Positions 36,141-45,378 of a stretch of DNA of 64,000 nt are shown here, piece after piece. Made by a program: the position numbers and the translations under genes. The first letter of the stretch is position 1. Each line of letters starts with the position of its first letter. Source of the DNA: a candidate division FCPU426 bacterium (GTDB lineage Bacteria; Oederibacteriota; Muellerivitia; Muellerivitales; Muellerivitaceae); contig CAVRAL010000004.1 of NCBI GenBank assembly GCA_963719085.1, positions 1,024,001 to 1,088,000 of the forward strand. The letters are read 5' to 3'. A model generated the notes under the pieces. That model saw only the letters and a list, made by a program, of their open reading frames with translations. It had not been told where the DNA came from and made no database searches.

Positions 36141-36413
36141 ATGAATATCACGACCAAGGATTTAGGGAAGATTGTGGATTTGTCGCTGAAGCCGGATTGG
36201 GGCCCGGGAATCATCACCGAGATAAGCCCCCGCTTCGCCTTCATTATTTTTCAAAAGGCCGAAGGCGTTCAGCCCAAACGCTATTCCTTGGTGGATAACC
36301 CCCTGACGCTGGCGACCCAGCAAGACGAGCCCGAATTGGTTAAAAGAGCCCGCCGAAAAAACCGTAAGATCAAAGTGAAAAAGGCCGTGACGCCGGCGCC
36401 CCCCGTTCTTTAA
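36141..36413 (+). CDS. Small SH3-like hypothetical protein (DUF3553-like)
   Basis: KPDWGPGII motif; basic C-terminus. Confidence 0.5.
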   Translation: MNITTKDLGKIVDLSLKPDWGPGIITEISPRFAFIIFQKAEGVQPKRYSLVDNPLTLATQQDEPELVKRARRKNRKIKVKKAVTPAPPVL

Positions 36414-36618
36414 TTCATTCTTTCCCTCTTCTTTTAAGGCTTTTTTTAAACAGTTTTCCGGTATATCGGAAAACTGTTTTTGATGGCCCTCGGCCATCTT
36501 TTTAATACCAGTGGTAAAATAATGGCAATGGCTAATCAATAGCCGTTGGCGGTATCGAGGAAAATCATTAAACGCGTCTATATAAAATTGATTTGAGCTA
36601 TTTGAATGGAGTTTGATT

Positions 36619-37896
36619 ATGAAACAGATATTCCGGTTATGGTTTGTTTACGGGTTTTGCGTCCTTTTTATTTTTACTGGTTGTAATCGGCTGAATATCC
36701 CCTTGTCCACCTCGGGGGGGGCGCCGGCCGCGGCGTCCGTCGAAACACCCCCGCAAGCGGATAATTCGTTATCCGCCAATCTTTATAATTTTTACCAGTC
36801 CCAATCCGGAAATATATTGTTTTCGCCCTTTAGTATCATCACGGCTTTGGCCATGGTCCAGGAAGGCGCGGGCGGTCAAACGGCGTCCCAAATGCAAAGC
36901 GTCTTGAATCTCAGCCCCGATCCAACCGTTCGGCAACCGGCTTTTCAACAACTCATCAGTGAAATTAACGCGCCGGGCAAGCATTACACCCTGAGCACGG
37001 CCAATAACTTGTGGATCCAGCAGGGGTTTACGGTTCTTCCGGCTTACCTTAATACAGTGGAAACCGATTATTTCGCTGGGGTCACGAATTTGGATTTTAT
37101 CGGCAATCCAAGCGGGTCATTGCAAACCATTAACGGGGCTGTTTCGATTGGGACGGACGGCTTTATCCCCAATCTTTTATCGCCGACTAATATTAACCCA
37201 GGGATAAAGTTGATTTTGACGAACGCGATTTATTTTAAAGGGACCTGGGATACTCAATTTCCGGTGACCGCCACCAACTCCCAGAATTTCAACCTCACTT
37301 CAACCGCCTCCGAAACGGTGAGCATGATGCATGAAACCCTAACGGGCATTGTCGGTAATTTTAATGGGGCGGCCAGTGTGGTGGCCATCCCTTATCAAGA
37401 TAAAGAAGCGTCGATGTTTGTTTTTCTTCCGCCCCCCGGTGGAATGGCCGCTTTGGAAAGCCAAATGACAGGGACCAACATTAATGCCTTTTTGAATTCT
37501 TATGGAAAAAACGGGTCCGGGGCGCTGGTCGTTAATACGCCCATTATTTTATCTTTGCCCAAGTTCACTTTTTCAACCAGCTATAACTTGACCCAGACAC
37601 TGCAGCAAATGGGAATGACCTTGGCTTTCTCCACGGGCGCTGATTTTTCCGGGATTGACGGGAATAAGGATCTCTTTATTTCCTATGTGGTTCATAAAGC
37701 TTATGTGAGTGTGGATGAAACTGGCACGACGGCGGCGGGAGCGACCGGCGTTGGACTCCAAATTATGGCAATCGGCTTGTCCGTCCCTCCAGTTACTTTC
37801 ACCGTTGACCGGCCCTTTATTTTTATGATCGTCGAAAACACCACGAATACCGTCTTGTTCATGGGACGAGTGAACGATCCTTTGGCGGCCAACTGA
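36619..37896 (+). CDS. Serpin (serine protease inhibitor), probable lipoprotein
   Basis: NILFSPFSI, NAIYFKGTW, LPKF, hinge ETGTTAAGAT, DRPFIF, LFMGRVNDP; lipobox FTGC. Confidence 0.95.
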   Translation: MKQIFRLWFVYGFCVLFIFTGCNRLNIPLSTSGGAPAAASVETPPQADNSLSANLYNFYQSQSGNILFSPFSIITALAMVQEGAGGQTASQMQSVLNLSPDPTVRQPAFQQLISEINAPGKHYTLSTANNLWIQQGFTVLPAYLNTVETDYFAGVTNLDFIGNPSGSLQTINGAVSIGTDGFIPNLLSPTNINPGIKLILTNAIYFKGTWDTQFPVTATNSQNFNLTSTASETVSMMHETLTGIVGNFNGAASVVAIPYQDKEASMFVFLPPPGGMAALESQMTGTNINAFLNSYGKNGSGALVVNTPIILSLPKFTFSTSYNLTQTLQQMGMTLAFSTGADFSGIDGNKDLFISYVVHKAYVSVDETGTTAAGATGVGLQIMAIGLSVPPVTFTVDRPFIFMIVENTTNTVLFMGRVNDPLAAN

Positions 37897-37920
37897 CTGA
37901 GTTTGTTGAGCGTTTAATGG

Positions 37921-37954
37921 AAGCCCGTTTCCTGGATAGGGAACGGGCTTTTTT
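37921..37954 (+). terminator. Rho-independent terminator
   Basis: AAGCCCGTTTCC-tggata-GGGAACGGGCTT followed by a T run. Confidence 0.85.
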
Positions 37955-38038
37955 GTTGAGGATTTCGATTCACCTTGAAATCATCCCGGACTCCCCCTAC
38001 CGTAGGTTCGGCCGCCCGCATATCCCGCAAAGGTTTTC

Positions 38039-38794
38039 ATGAAAAAAACGCTTGGATCACTTCTTTTTTTCTTATTTCTAACCCCGGCATGGGTTGGAGC
38101 GGCTTCTTCTTGGCCCTCGCCGATCGGGTACGTCAGCGATTTCGCCAAAGTCATTCCCCAATATCAAATTCAGCAAATTGACAGCCTTTTGCAAGAATTG
38201 GAGCAAAAAACCGGGGCGCAGGTGGCGGTCGTTACGATCCCCTCCCTTAAAGGAACGGACATCGATTCCTCGGCGGTCGAACTTTTTAAGCAATGGGGAA
38301 TCGGCCAAAAGAAAAAAGATAATGGGGTGCTGTTTTTGGCCGCCATTGACGATCATAAGATCCGCATTGAGGTGGGTTATGGGTTGGAGCCGATCATTCC
38401 GGACGGCGAAGCCGGCAGTATCATCCGCCAATACATGGCGCCCCAATTTAAAGAAGGTGATTACGGAAGCGGTTTTCTGGTGGGGACCGTCGCCGTGGCT
38501 CAAATGATCGCCCAAGACGCGGGGGTGACTTTAACCGGTCAGGCCATGGACTTGCCCCTTTCCAGCGAGGACAGCCCCGCCGGTCGTTTTCCTTTCTGGG
38601 GATTCATCATGATCGTCCTCATGATTTGGGTGGCCATGTCCTTGGCCGGGCGGGGCCGCCGGGGCTACTGGGGCGGGGGTTATTGGGGGGGCGGCGGTTT
38701 TGGCGGCGGATGGAGCGGCGGCGGGGGTGGTGGGGGTTTTGGTGGGTTTAGCGGCGGCGGATCGGGCGGCGGCGGCGCCAGCGGCGGTTGGTAA
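38039..38794 (+). CDS. TPM domain protein (YgcG-like) with Gly-rich tail
   Basis: YVSDFA, QVAVVT, WGIG..KDNGVL, RIEVGYGLE..IPD, GGGSGGGGASGGW. Confidence 0.92.
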   Translation: MKKTLGSLLFFLFLTPAWVGAASSWPSPIGYVSDFAKVIPQYQIQQIDSLLQELEQKTGAQVAVVTIPSLKGTDIDSSAVELFKQWGIGQKKKDNGVLFLAAIDDHKIRIEVGYGLEPIIPDGEAGSIIRQYMAPQFKEGDYGSGFLVGTVAVAQMIAQDAGVTLTGQAMDLPLSSEDSPAGRFPFWGFIMIVLMIWVAMSLAGRGRRGYWGGGYWGGGGFGGGWSGGGGGGGFGGFSGGGSGGGGASGGW

Positions 38795-38812
38795 TCTTGT
38801 CAGGAGAGTGGC

Positions 38813-39514
38813 ATGGCGAAATGGACGGCGGAACAATTCACAGATGAACTGAAGGGCCTCTTGGGGGAAAATCTCCTCAGCGCGGCGCTTTATGGTTCCC
38901 GAGCGGCGGGGGATCATCTGGAAGACTATTCGGATACCAACCTGATGGCCTTAGTAAAACAACTGGAAGTGCCGGAGCTTTTAAAAATTTCCAAAGCCGT
39001 GGCTGTGTGGTTGAAGCAAGGCAATCCGCCGCCCCTTCTATTGACCTCGGATCACTTGCGCAAATACGCGGAGGTTTTCCCGATCGAAATTTCCGACATC
39101 CAAGAAAACCATCGCGTGCTTTATGGCCAGGATCCTTTCGTTGGACTCGTCTTGACCCGGGGCGCGCTTAAACAAGAGCTGGAGCATGAACTGCAGGGGA
39201 AACTTCTCCAGCTAAAGACCCGTTTTATGCTGACCCAGGGCAAGGAAAAAGCTATTCGACGTTTGATGACGGAATCGCTTTCGAGTTTTCAGGTGCTTTT
39301 GAAAAACGCCCTTTGGCTTTACGGCGAAAAGCCTCCCGTTAAAAAAATGGAGGCGCTTCAAAAACTAGGCCAGCGGTTCGGTCTGAAAACGGCTGTTTTT
39401 CGGACGGTGGAGCTTTTGAAAAAAGGCGAAAAAATCCCGAATCTTCCCTTAGGACAAGTTTTCGAGGATTATCTAAAAAGCTTGGAAGATTTTACGGACA
39501 AGATCGTCGGCTGA
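38813..39514 (+). CDS. Nucleotidyltransferase-domain protein
   Basis: LYGSRAAGD...SDTN Pol-beta-like motif; FPIEISDI. Confidence 0.75.
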   Translation: MAKWTAEQFTDELKGLLGENLLSAALYGSRAAGDHLEDYSDTNLMALVKQLEVPELLKISKAVAVWLKQGNPPPLLLTSDHLRKYAEVFPIEISDIQENHRVLYGQDPFVGLVLTRGALKQELEHELQGKLLQLKTRFMLTQGKEKAIRRLMTESLSSFQVLLKNALWLYGEKPPVKKMEALQKLGQRFGLKTAVFRTVELLKKGEKIPNLPLGQVFEDYLKSLEDFTDKIVG

Positions 39515-39524
39515 GGAGAAACGA

Positions 39525-40079
39525 TTGTTGACGCGGAACGCGGGAAAAACGCTTTGCTTCTTTCTGATCGGGATGGGACTGGCGGGGGCCGCGGGCCCGG
39601 TTTGGGCCGGGACAGGGAAGAAAACCCTGTGTCTTATCTCTTCGTCCTTTGCCGACGGGGGAAAACTTCCCGCGAAATATACTTGTGACGGCGGCGGGAT
39701 CTCGCCGGAATTGCGCTGGAAAAACCTGCCGCGCAAAACAAAAAGCCTGGCCTTGATTGCGGAAGACCCGGACGCCGCTTACTCCACCTGGACCCACTGG
39801 GTGGTCTACAACATCCCCCCCAATGTGCTGGAATTTTTGGAGAATTTCCCCAAGGACCCCCAATTGCCCAACGGCATTACCCAGGGGATGAGCGATTTTA
39901 AGACCCTGGGCTACGGCGCCCCTTGTCCTCCGAACGGAAAGCACCGATATTTCTTCAGAATTTACGCGCTCAATAGCTTGTTAGCCTTACCCTCGGGCGC
40001 GACCGCGGAGCAGTTGAGGCAGGCGATGAGGGGTCATATCCTATCGACGGCGCAGATAATGGGAAAATACGGACAATAA
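39525..40079 (+). CDS. YbhB/YbcL family PEBP (Raf kinase inhibitor-like) protein
   Basis: YTCDG..SPEL, EDPDA, HWVVYNIP, PCPP..HRYFFRIYAL. Confidence 0.92.
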   Translation: MLTRNAGKTLCFFLIGMGLAGAAGPVWAGTGKKTLCLISSSFADGGKLPAKYTCDGGGISPELRWKNLPRKTKSLALIAEDPDAAYSTWTHWVVYNIPPNVLEFLENFPKDPQLPNGITQGMSDFKTLGYGAPCPPNGKHRYFFRIYALNSLLALPSGATAEQLRQAMRGHILSTAQIMGKYGQ

Positions 40080-40094
40080 TTTTAAGGAGAAAAA

Positions 40095-40661
40095 ATGGGG
40101 AATCTGAAATGGGTTTTGGGTTTGGGCGGGTTTTTACTGGTGATTTTTCTTATCGGAATGAGTTCCTACAATTCGTTGGTTTCTTCCAATGAGGCCGTGG
40201 AGGCCCAATGGAGCCAGGTGGAAAATGTGATGCAACGCCGTTTCGATCTCATCCCCAACCTGGTGGCCACCGTCAAGGGATACGCCAAGCACGAGAAGGA
40301 AGTTTTAGAGGAAGTAACCCGCTTGCGCAGCCAATGGGGGGCGGCCCAGACCCGGGATGAAAAGGTGCAAACATCCGACCAACTGGAAGGAAGCCTCAGC
40401 CACTTGATGGTGGTTTTAGAAAATTATCCCGACCTCAAGGCCAACGAGGGATTTTTAAAGCTTCAGGATGAGTTGGCGGGAACGGAAAACCGCGTCGCCG
40501 TGGAGCGGCAGCGCTACAATGAGGTTCTACAGGACTATAACGTGAGGACCCGAAGCTTTCCTTCGAATATTATGGCTTCCCTTTTTGGGTTCCAGCGCAA
40601 AGACGCTTATTTCAAGGCGGTCAGCGGAGCCGATCAGGCGCCCAAGGTCGACTTTAACTGA
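40095..40661 (+). CDS. lemA: LemA family protein
   Basis: QRRFDLIPNLVATVKGYAKHE, ENYPDLKAN, ENRVAVERQRYN. Confidence 0.95.
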   Translation: MGNLKWVLGLGGFLLVIFLIGMSSYNSLVSSNEAVEAQWSQVENVMQRRFDLIPNLVATVKGYAKHEKEVLEEVTRLRSQWGAAQTRDEKVQTSDQLEGSLSHLMVVLENYPDLKANEGFLKLQDELAGTENRVAVERQRYNEVLQDYNVRTRSFPSNIMASLFGFQRKDAYFKAVSGADQAPKVDFN

Positions 40662-40869
40662 TTTTTTTTGAGGGACGGCGCCGGCGCTTTTTCTTTTGGG
40701 AAGAGGCGGCTGTCTTAGGGGGAGCGGGTTCGGGCGCCGGCGGGGCCGCGGGATGCAGGGCGTTTTGAAATTCCCGCACTAGGTTGCCCAGCGTTCGGGC
40801 AATGACCGGGACCTTTTCAGGGCCAAAGATCAGAAGCACCGCCGCGCCGATAAATAAGATTTTCTCCAA
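40654..40869 (-). CDS. TatA/TatB-family twin-arginine translocase subunit
   Basis: TM segment, FGPEKVP, amphipathic helix ARTLG..REF; GGAGG RBS before TTG. Confidence 0.75.
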   Translation of the reverse strand: MEKILFIGAAVLLIFGPEKVPVIARTLGNLVREFQNALHPAAPPAPEPAPPKTAASSQKKKRRRRPSKKIS

Positions 40870-40935
40870 GGCTTTTCCTCCGGTGGACGCGCCCCTGTTA
40901 TAAGATGTTCCGAGGCCGAAATCAAATCATTCCAG

Positions 40936-41586
40936 GTGAGGCGCGTCATGGGTCCGGGCGGCTGGGTTTTATTGGGGCTGATGGGCGGCGTCTTTATTTA
41001 CGGGCTCCTCGCGGCAACGCCTTTCGGCTCAAAGCTTAAAAACCAGAAGGCGGCCTCCGGTCCCCCCGCTCCCTTGGTGTTGGAACCCGCCGCCGCTGAA
41101 AGGGTCGAGTCCCTCACCCAGCCTTGGCAAAAAGAACTAGCCGCCCAATTGATTCAAGAGGGTTTTGAGTTGTTAGGCGACTTCGCCTACGCCTCCACGG
41201 AATTTTTTTGGGCCAAAACTTTTTTGTCCCCGGATAAAAACGCGGCCTTACTTCTGGTTAATTGGAAAGAAGGCGGCAAGTACGGCGCGCCCATCACCAC
41301 CAACGTTGAAATTTATTCCCTGGGGGAAAAAGAGGGCCGGGAAGATTTTATCGTGACCGCTTGCGCCCAGGACGGCGCCGCCCGGCTTTTGACCGGCGCC
41401 AACCGCCCCCGGCCCGAGCAAATGTCCCTTCATTTGAAGCTGGTCTTTAACGCGGTGGCGGTGCGGCCGCTCATGGCCGAGCACCAAGCCCGTTTGGAAG
41501 CCTGGCAAAGGGAAGGGACGCGGATCCAGGCCCTTCAAGCCTCTTCGGCCTTGAGGGGCCTGGCCAAGATTTTTTCAGGAGCGTAA
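40936..41586 (+). CDS. Hypothetical membrane-anchored protein
   Basis: 216-aa ORF with an N-terminal hydrophobic segment; fills the gap between genes. Confidence 0.6.
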   Translation: MRRVMGPGGWVLLGLMGGVFIYGLLAATPFGSKLKNQKAASGPPAPLVLEPAAAERVESLTQPWQKELAAQLIQEGFELLGDFAYASTEFFWAKTFLSPDKNAALLLVNWKEGGKYGAPITTNVEIYSLGEKEGREDFIVTACAQDGAARLLTGANRPRPEQMSLHLKLVFNAVAVRPLMAEHQARLEAWQREGTRIQALQASSALRGLAKIFSGA

Positions 41587-41587
41587 C

Positions 41588-41995
41588 TTACTTGAGGCCG
41601 ATCGCTTTTTTCCAAGCCTCGGTGGGTTCTAAAAGCCTGCGGGTTTGAAGGTCGAAAAGCCCCACCACGAAAACAGCTTCCGCCGCGATGGTCCCGTCTT
41701 CCTTCAACATTTTTTGGGCGCAATGGCCGATTTTTCCCCGGTAGTCCGTCATTTCGGTGGTGATCCTTATTTTTTCCCGCAAGGTGAGTTCTTTTTTAAA
41801 TTTGACCGTGCATTCCAAAACGACCGGGCCCTGTTTGGTTTGTTGGATAAACCGCAGGTCATAGCCGTTTTGGGTGATCCATTCCCAGCGGGCCTCCTCG
41901 AACAAAACCATATAAGCCGCGTTGTTGACGTGGTTGAAACTATCCAGATGGGATTCCCGAATCAGGACGTTATAAACAGAGGAGGAAGCGGACAT
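41588..41995 (-). CDS. Acyl-CoA thioesterase (4HBT/YbgC hotdog fold)
   Basis: HLDSFNHVNNAAY..LFEEAR. Confidence 0.9.
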   Translation of the reverse strand: MSASSSVYNVLIRESHLDSFNHVNNAAYMVLFEEARWEWITQNGYDLRFIQQTKQGPVVLECTVKFKKELTLREKIRITTEMTDYRGKIGHCAQKMLKEDGTIAAEAVFVVGLFDLQTRRLLEPTEAWKKAIGLK

Positions 41996-42094
41996 GAAAA
42001 ATCCTTTTTAAAAGAGGAATAACCTCGAATTTTCAAATGAGAGTACAAGCTTGAACTAAGCCCGGAGCTCTTTACCTAAACAAGATTAGATGCC

Positions 42095-42196
42095 TGGACA
42101 AATGCCCAAGCTTTCGTGACTTTAACAGAGAGTCGAAACTTGGACAAATGCCCAAGCTTTCATAACTTTAACAGAGAGTAGAAGCTTGGACAAATG
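42095..42196. repeat. 46-bp tandem repeat (about 2.2 copies) containing a near-perfect palindrome
   Basis: TGGACAAATG starts at 42095, 42141 and 42187. Consensus palindrome AAGCTTGGACA-AA-TG(C/T)CCAAGCTT. Confidence 0.9.
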
Positions 42197-42220
42197 TCAG
42201 TCAAGGCCCATTCAAAGGAA

Positions 42221-42248
42221 TTGAACCCGATGCCGGGGGTGGTATACT
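42221..42248 (+). promoter_or_regulatory. Sigma-70-type promoter, probably giving a leaderless dinB mRNA
   Basis: TTGAAC-16 nt-TATACT with extended TG; ATG 42254 follows after 5 nt. Confidence 0.6.
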
Positions 42249-42253
42249 GGTGT

Positions 42254-43510
42254 ATGCCTTCCAATCGAGTCATCGCCCATATCGATATGAATTCCTTTTT
42301 CGTCTCCTGCGAGAGGCTGGTGGACCCGGCTTTGAACTCAAAGCCGGTTATCGTAGGAGGGCGCAGGGGAGAGCGGGGCGTGGTGGCGTCCGCGTCTTAT
42401 GAGGCGCGCAAGTTCGGGGTGAAGTCGGGCATGCCGATCGTGACCGCGGAAAAACTTTGCCCGAACGCGGTCTTCGTTCCCGGGCACCACAAGCTTTACT
42501 CCAAATATTCCCGGAAAGTTTACGTGCTTTTGAGGAAGCTGGCGCCCGTGGTGGAATACGCGTCCATCGACGAGTATTACCTCGACTTCACCGGCTGCGA
42601 AGCCCTTTACGGCAAAGACCTTTGGGCCTTGGCCCGAAAGGTGCGGGACGCGGTTTTGGGGCGAACCCGGCTTTCTTGCACGGTGGCGATGGCGTCGAAT
42701 AAGTACGTGGCCAAGATCGCGGGTAAGACCGTGAAGCCGGATCTTTCTAAACCTCTCGGGGAGAATACCGGCGTCATTGTGGTGCGGTTGGGTGAGGAGC
42801 AAAATTTCTTGTCGGCGCTCTCCATTCAGCGCCTTCACGGAGCGGGAGAAAAAACCCAGCCCCGGCTGATGGAGATGCGGATAAGGACCATCGGCGATAT
42901 CCTGCCGATCCCGCTGGCGAAACTTCAAAAGTCCTTCGGGCCGTCGGCGGGGCAATGGCTTCATGACGCGGCCCGGGGCTTGGACGACTCGCCGGTGTCC
43001 GCTTTTCACCAGTCCAAAAGTGTGGGACACGAAACCACTTTCGCGGTTGATACGGACGATTCGACGCTGCTCAAGCAAACCCTGGCTTGGCTTTCCGAAA
43101 AAAGTTGTTACCGCCTCAGGATGCTTAAAAAAAAGGCCCGCACGGTCACCCTGAAGCTGCGGTATGACGATTTTCAAACCCTCACGCGCGCCCGAACCAT
43201 TAAAGAAACCCAGGATGACGCGGCGGTCATGGAAACCGCTTGGTCGCTTTTCGAGGAAGCCCATGTGCGCCGCCGCAAGATCCGGCTGCTCGGGGTTTCC
43301 CTCTCCAAATTCGAGGCGGGCGAGGAGGCCCAGTGGCTGTTCCCCGAGATGAGCTCCAAGAAAAAAGAAGCCCTTTACCAAAGCGTGGACGCCATCAAGC
43401 GTAAATATGGGTTTCACAAATTGGAAAAAGCCGCGTCCCTGGATTTGAGGCCCCCCCGAGAGCGCCGCGCGGGAGGTCCTTCGGTTTTCCAAAAGCCTAA
43501 AACCCGTTGA
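42254..43510 (+). CDS. dinB: DNA polymerase IV (track start 42194)
   Basis: HIDMNSFFVS, ASYEARKFGV, SIDEYYLD, KSVGHETTF. Confidence 0.95.
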   Translation: MPSNRVIAHIDMNSFFVSCERLVDPALNSKPVIVGGRRGERGVVASASYEARKFGVKSGMPIVTAEKLCPNAVFVPGHHKLYSKYSRKVYVLLRKLAPVVEYASIDEYYLDFTGCEALYGKDLWALARKVRDAVLGRTRLSCTVAMASNKYVAKIAGKTVKPDLSKPLGENTGVIVVRLGEEQNFLSALSIQRLHGAGEKTQPRLMEMRIRTIGDILPIPLAKLQKSFGPSAGQWLHDAARGLDDSPVSAFHQSKSVGHETTFAVDTDDSTLLKQTLAWLSEKSCYRLRMLKKKARTVTLKLRYDDFQTLTRARTIKETQDDAAVMETAWSLFEEAHVRRRKIRLLGVSLSKFEAGEEAQWLFPEMSSKKKEALYQSVDAIKRKYGFHKLEKAASLDLRPPRERRAGGPSVFQKPKTR

Positions 43511-43579
43511 ATTCGTTTTTGCCCGCCCGCCGCTTGGGATACCATAGGAGCGTGAGAAACCGCCAAGGAGAAGCGCCCG

Positions 43580-44215
43580 ATGGCTTCAACGGCTAAACCG
43601 AATCCGCCCGCACTAGTGCCGCCCCTGTCCCGGTTTCTGCTTTGGCAGATCGTCGGGTTGGTGGGCTTTTTACATATTCTTTATTACGCCCCGGCCGGTG
43701 ATCCCACGCCGTTGGTGTTTCTTTGCAATGCCGTTGTTTTTTTGGCCGTCTATCCCGTCCTTTATTTTTACCACCGGTTTTCGATCCCCGCGTTTTTAAA
43801 GATTCTCATCTCGCCCCTTCAGGCGGGACTGCAGGTTTTTTTACTGATCACGACTTATATTTGGGTGACTTACGTCCTTTACGCCTCGCATTTCACCTTG
43901 GATCACGTGGCGGTTTGGGAAGTGTTCGCCACTTATTATCCGGTCCTTTTTGTTTTGTTCGCGGTGGATTATATTTTCTTTTTTCAGCATCTTTTCGGGG
44001 TCAGCGGCCATGAGCATAATTTTTGGTCCTCGGCGGGGATCCTGTCGGACGCGGTAAGCGGCGTGGTTTTGGGCTACGGCTTGGGCCGGACCCTGGATAC
44101 CAAGTGGGGAATTTTTTTCGGATCGGATCCGGTCCGGGTGGTGTTTTGGATGATGTTCATTTTGGTGGGTGTGGCGGCGGTGGTCTGGTTCAACGCCAAA
44201 ACGCGGAAAGGCTGA
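43580..44215 (+). CDS. Hypothetical multi-pass membrane protein
   Basis: About 6 hydrophobic segments; AAGGAG RBS; resembles the next gene. Confidence 0.7.
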   Translation: MASTAKPNPPALVPPLSRFLLWQIVGLVGFLHILYYAPAGDPTPLVFLCNAVVFLAVYPVLYFYHRFSIPAFLKILISPLQAGLQVFLLITTYIWVTYVLYASHFTLDHVAVWEVFATYYPVLFVLFAVDYIFFFQHLFGVSGHEHNFWSSAGILSDAVSGVVLGYGLGRTLDTKWGIFFGSDPVRVVFWMMFILVGVAAVVWFNAKTRKG

Positions 44216-44218
44216 ACC

Positions 44219-44842
44219 TTGGCGGACGATTCGCAAAAAACCTCGAAGAAAAAAACAAAAGAATCCCGATCCCCTTGGCGTTTGCTTTTTTGGGAAGGCT
44301 TGGCCCTGTTGGGGTTCTATTGGCTTTCCCGGCACCCCGTGCCGATTGATTTTAAAACGGTTCCTTTCCGGGACAACGCCTTGTTTTTTCTTATCGCGTA
44401 CCCGCTTTTGTTTATTTATCGCTGGATGGGCGTGGACGGATTTTTAGGGGTGTTACTGGGGCCCGTGGCTTGGGTTCTCAGTTGGGTTTTGGGTGTTTCA
44501 ATTTATCTTTGGACCGAGTACGGGTTTTTATTGGCCCATTTGCCCTACGCCGGGATTTTAAAGGTTCACTGGATCGGAATGGGCCTTCTTTTTATCCCGC
44601 TTTACCTGTTGTTCTTCCGCAACTTTATGGGGATCAGCCGGATTTATTACACCATGGAAGAGTGCCTGGCTTTATGCCTTTGGGTCGCCTTGGGCGGCGG
44701 CGGGGGATTTTTATTGGGTAAATTTTTAGACGATCATCTTCAGCAGACGGCCTTCATCCAAAATTACCGGTTTATCCTTTGGCTGCTCTTGATTTGGTTG
44801 GGCATGGTTTTAGCGCTGCTCGTTGCGCGTAAAAAGAAGTGA
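44219..44842 (+). CDS. Hypothetical multi-pass membrane protein, probable paralog of 43580-44215
   Basis: Colinear motifs R.L.W...L.GF, NA..FL..YP.L, IY.W..Y, G..LG..LD. Confidence 0.7.
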   Translation: MADDSQKTSKKKTKESRSPWRLLFWEGLALLGFYWLSRHPVPIDFKTVPFRDNALFFLIAYPLLFIYRWMGVDGFLGVLLGPVAWVLSWVLGVSIYLWTEYGFLLAHLPYAGILKVHWIGMGLLFIPLYLLFFRNFMGISRIYYTMEECLALCLWVALGGGGGFLLGKFLDDHLQQTAFIQNYRFILWLLLIWLGMVLALLVARKKK

Positions 44843-44848
44843 GGAACC

Positions 44849-45322
44849 GTGGCTAATTTATTTCCCGGACGCTATACGGCCCAAATGGAAGGGTCCTTCG
44901 TGCTTTTTATCATCGGCATGAGGATCAATTATTTTTGGAGGATCCATCAATGGCTTCCAGTGGCGATGGCCATGCCGCCCCTGGTGAAGGCTTTGGAAAA
45001 AGACCCCGCCAAGGGTTATTTACACGGCGAGTTTTTTAGGTATAAGCGGGGAGCGGCCTGGGTTCAATACTGGAAGTCTTTCGAGGACTTGGAGCGCTTT
45101 GCCCGGTCGCCCGAGGAACCCCATCTGGCGGCCTGGCAAATGTTCAACCGAAAGGTCAGCGTGAATGGCTCGGTCGGGATATGGCACGAGACGTACCGGG
45201 TTGAGTCGGGACAATCCGAATCGATTTACAACAATATGCCGGTATTCGGCTTGGCGAAGGCCGGCCGCCATGTCCCCGCCGACGCGGCCTATGAGACGGC
45301 CCGGCGCCGGTCGGGCCGATAA
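44849..45322 (+). CDS. DUF4188 putative monooxygenase
   Basis: VLFIIGMRIN, VQYWKSFEDLERFAR, VGIWHETY, ESIYNNMP.FGL. Confidence 0.88.
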   Translation: MANLFPGRYTAQMEGSFVLFIIGMRINYFWRIHQWLPVAMAMPPLVKALEKDPAKGYLHGEFFRYKRGAAWVQYWKSFEDLERFARSPEEPHLAAWQMFNRKVSVNGSVGIWHETYRVESGQSESIYNNMPVFGLAKAGRHVPADAAYETARRRSGR

Positions 45323-45378
45323 GCTGATTTCGCCATTGAGCCATCCAGGCCGTTGAAAATACCGCGCGAGGAACTCCT

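Noticed and set aside
38650..38790. G-rich low-complexity tract
   Set aside because: It is explained by the Gly-rich tail typical of TPM proteins.
42095..42196. 46-bp repeat as a mini-CRISPR
   Set aside because: The intervening sequences are nearly identical, so it is a tandem repeat without spacers.
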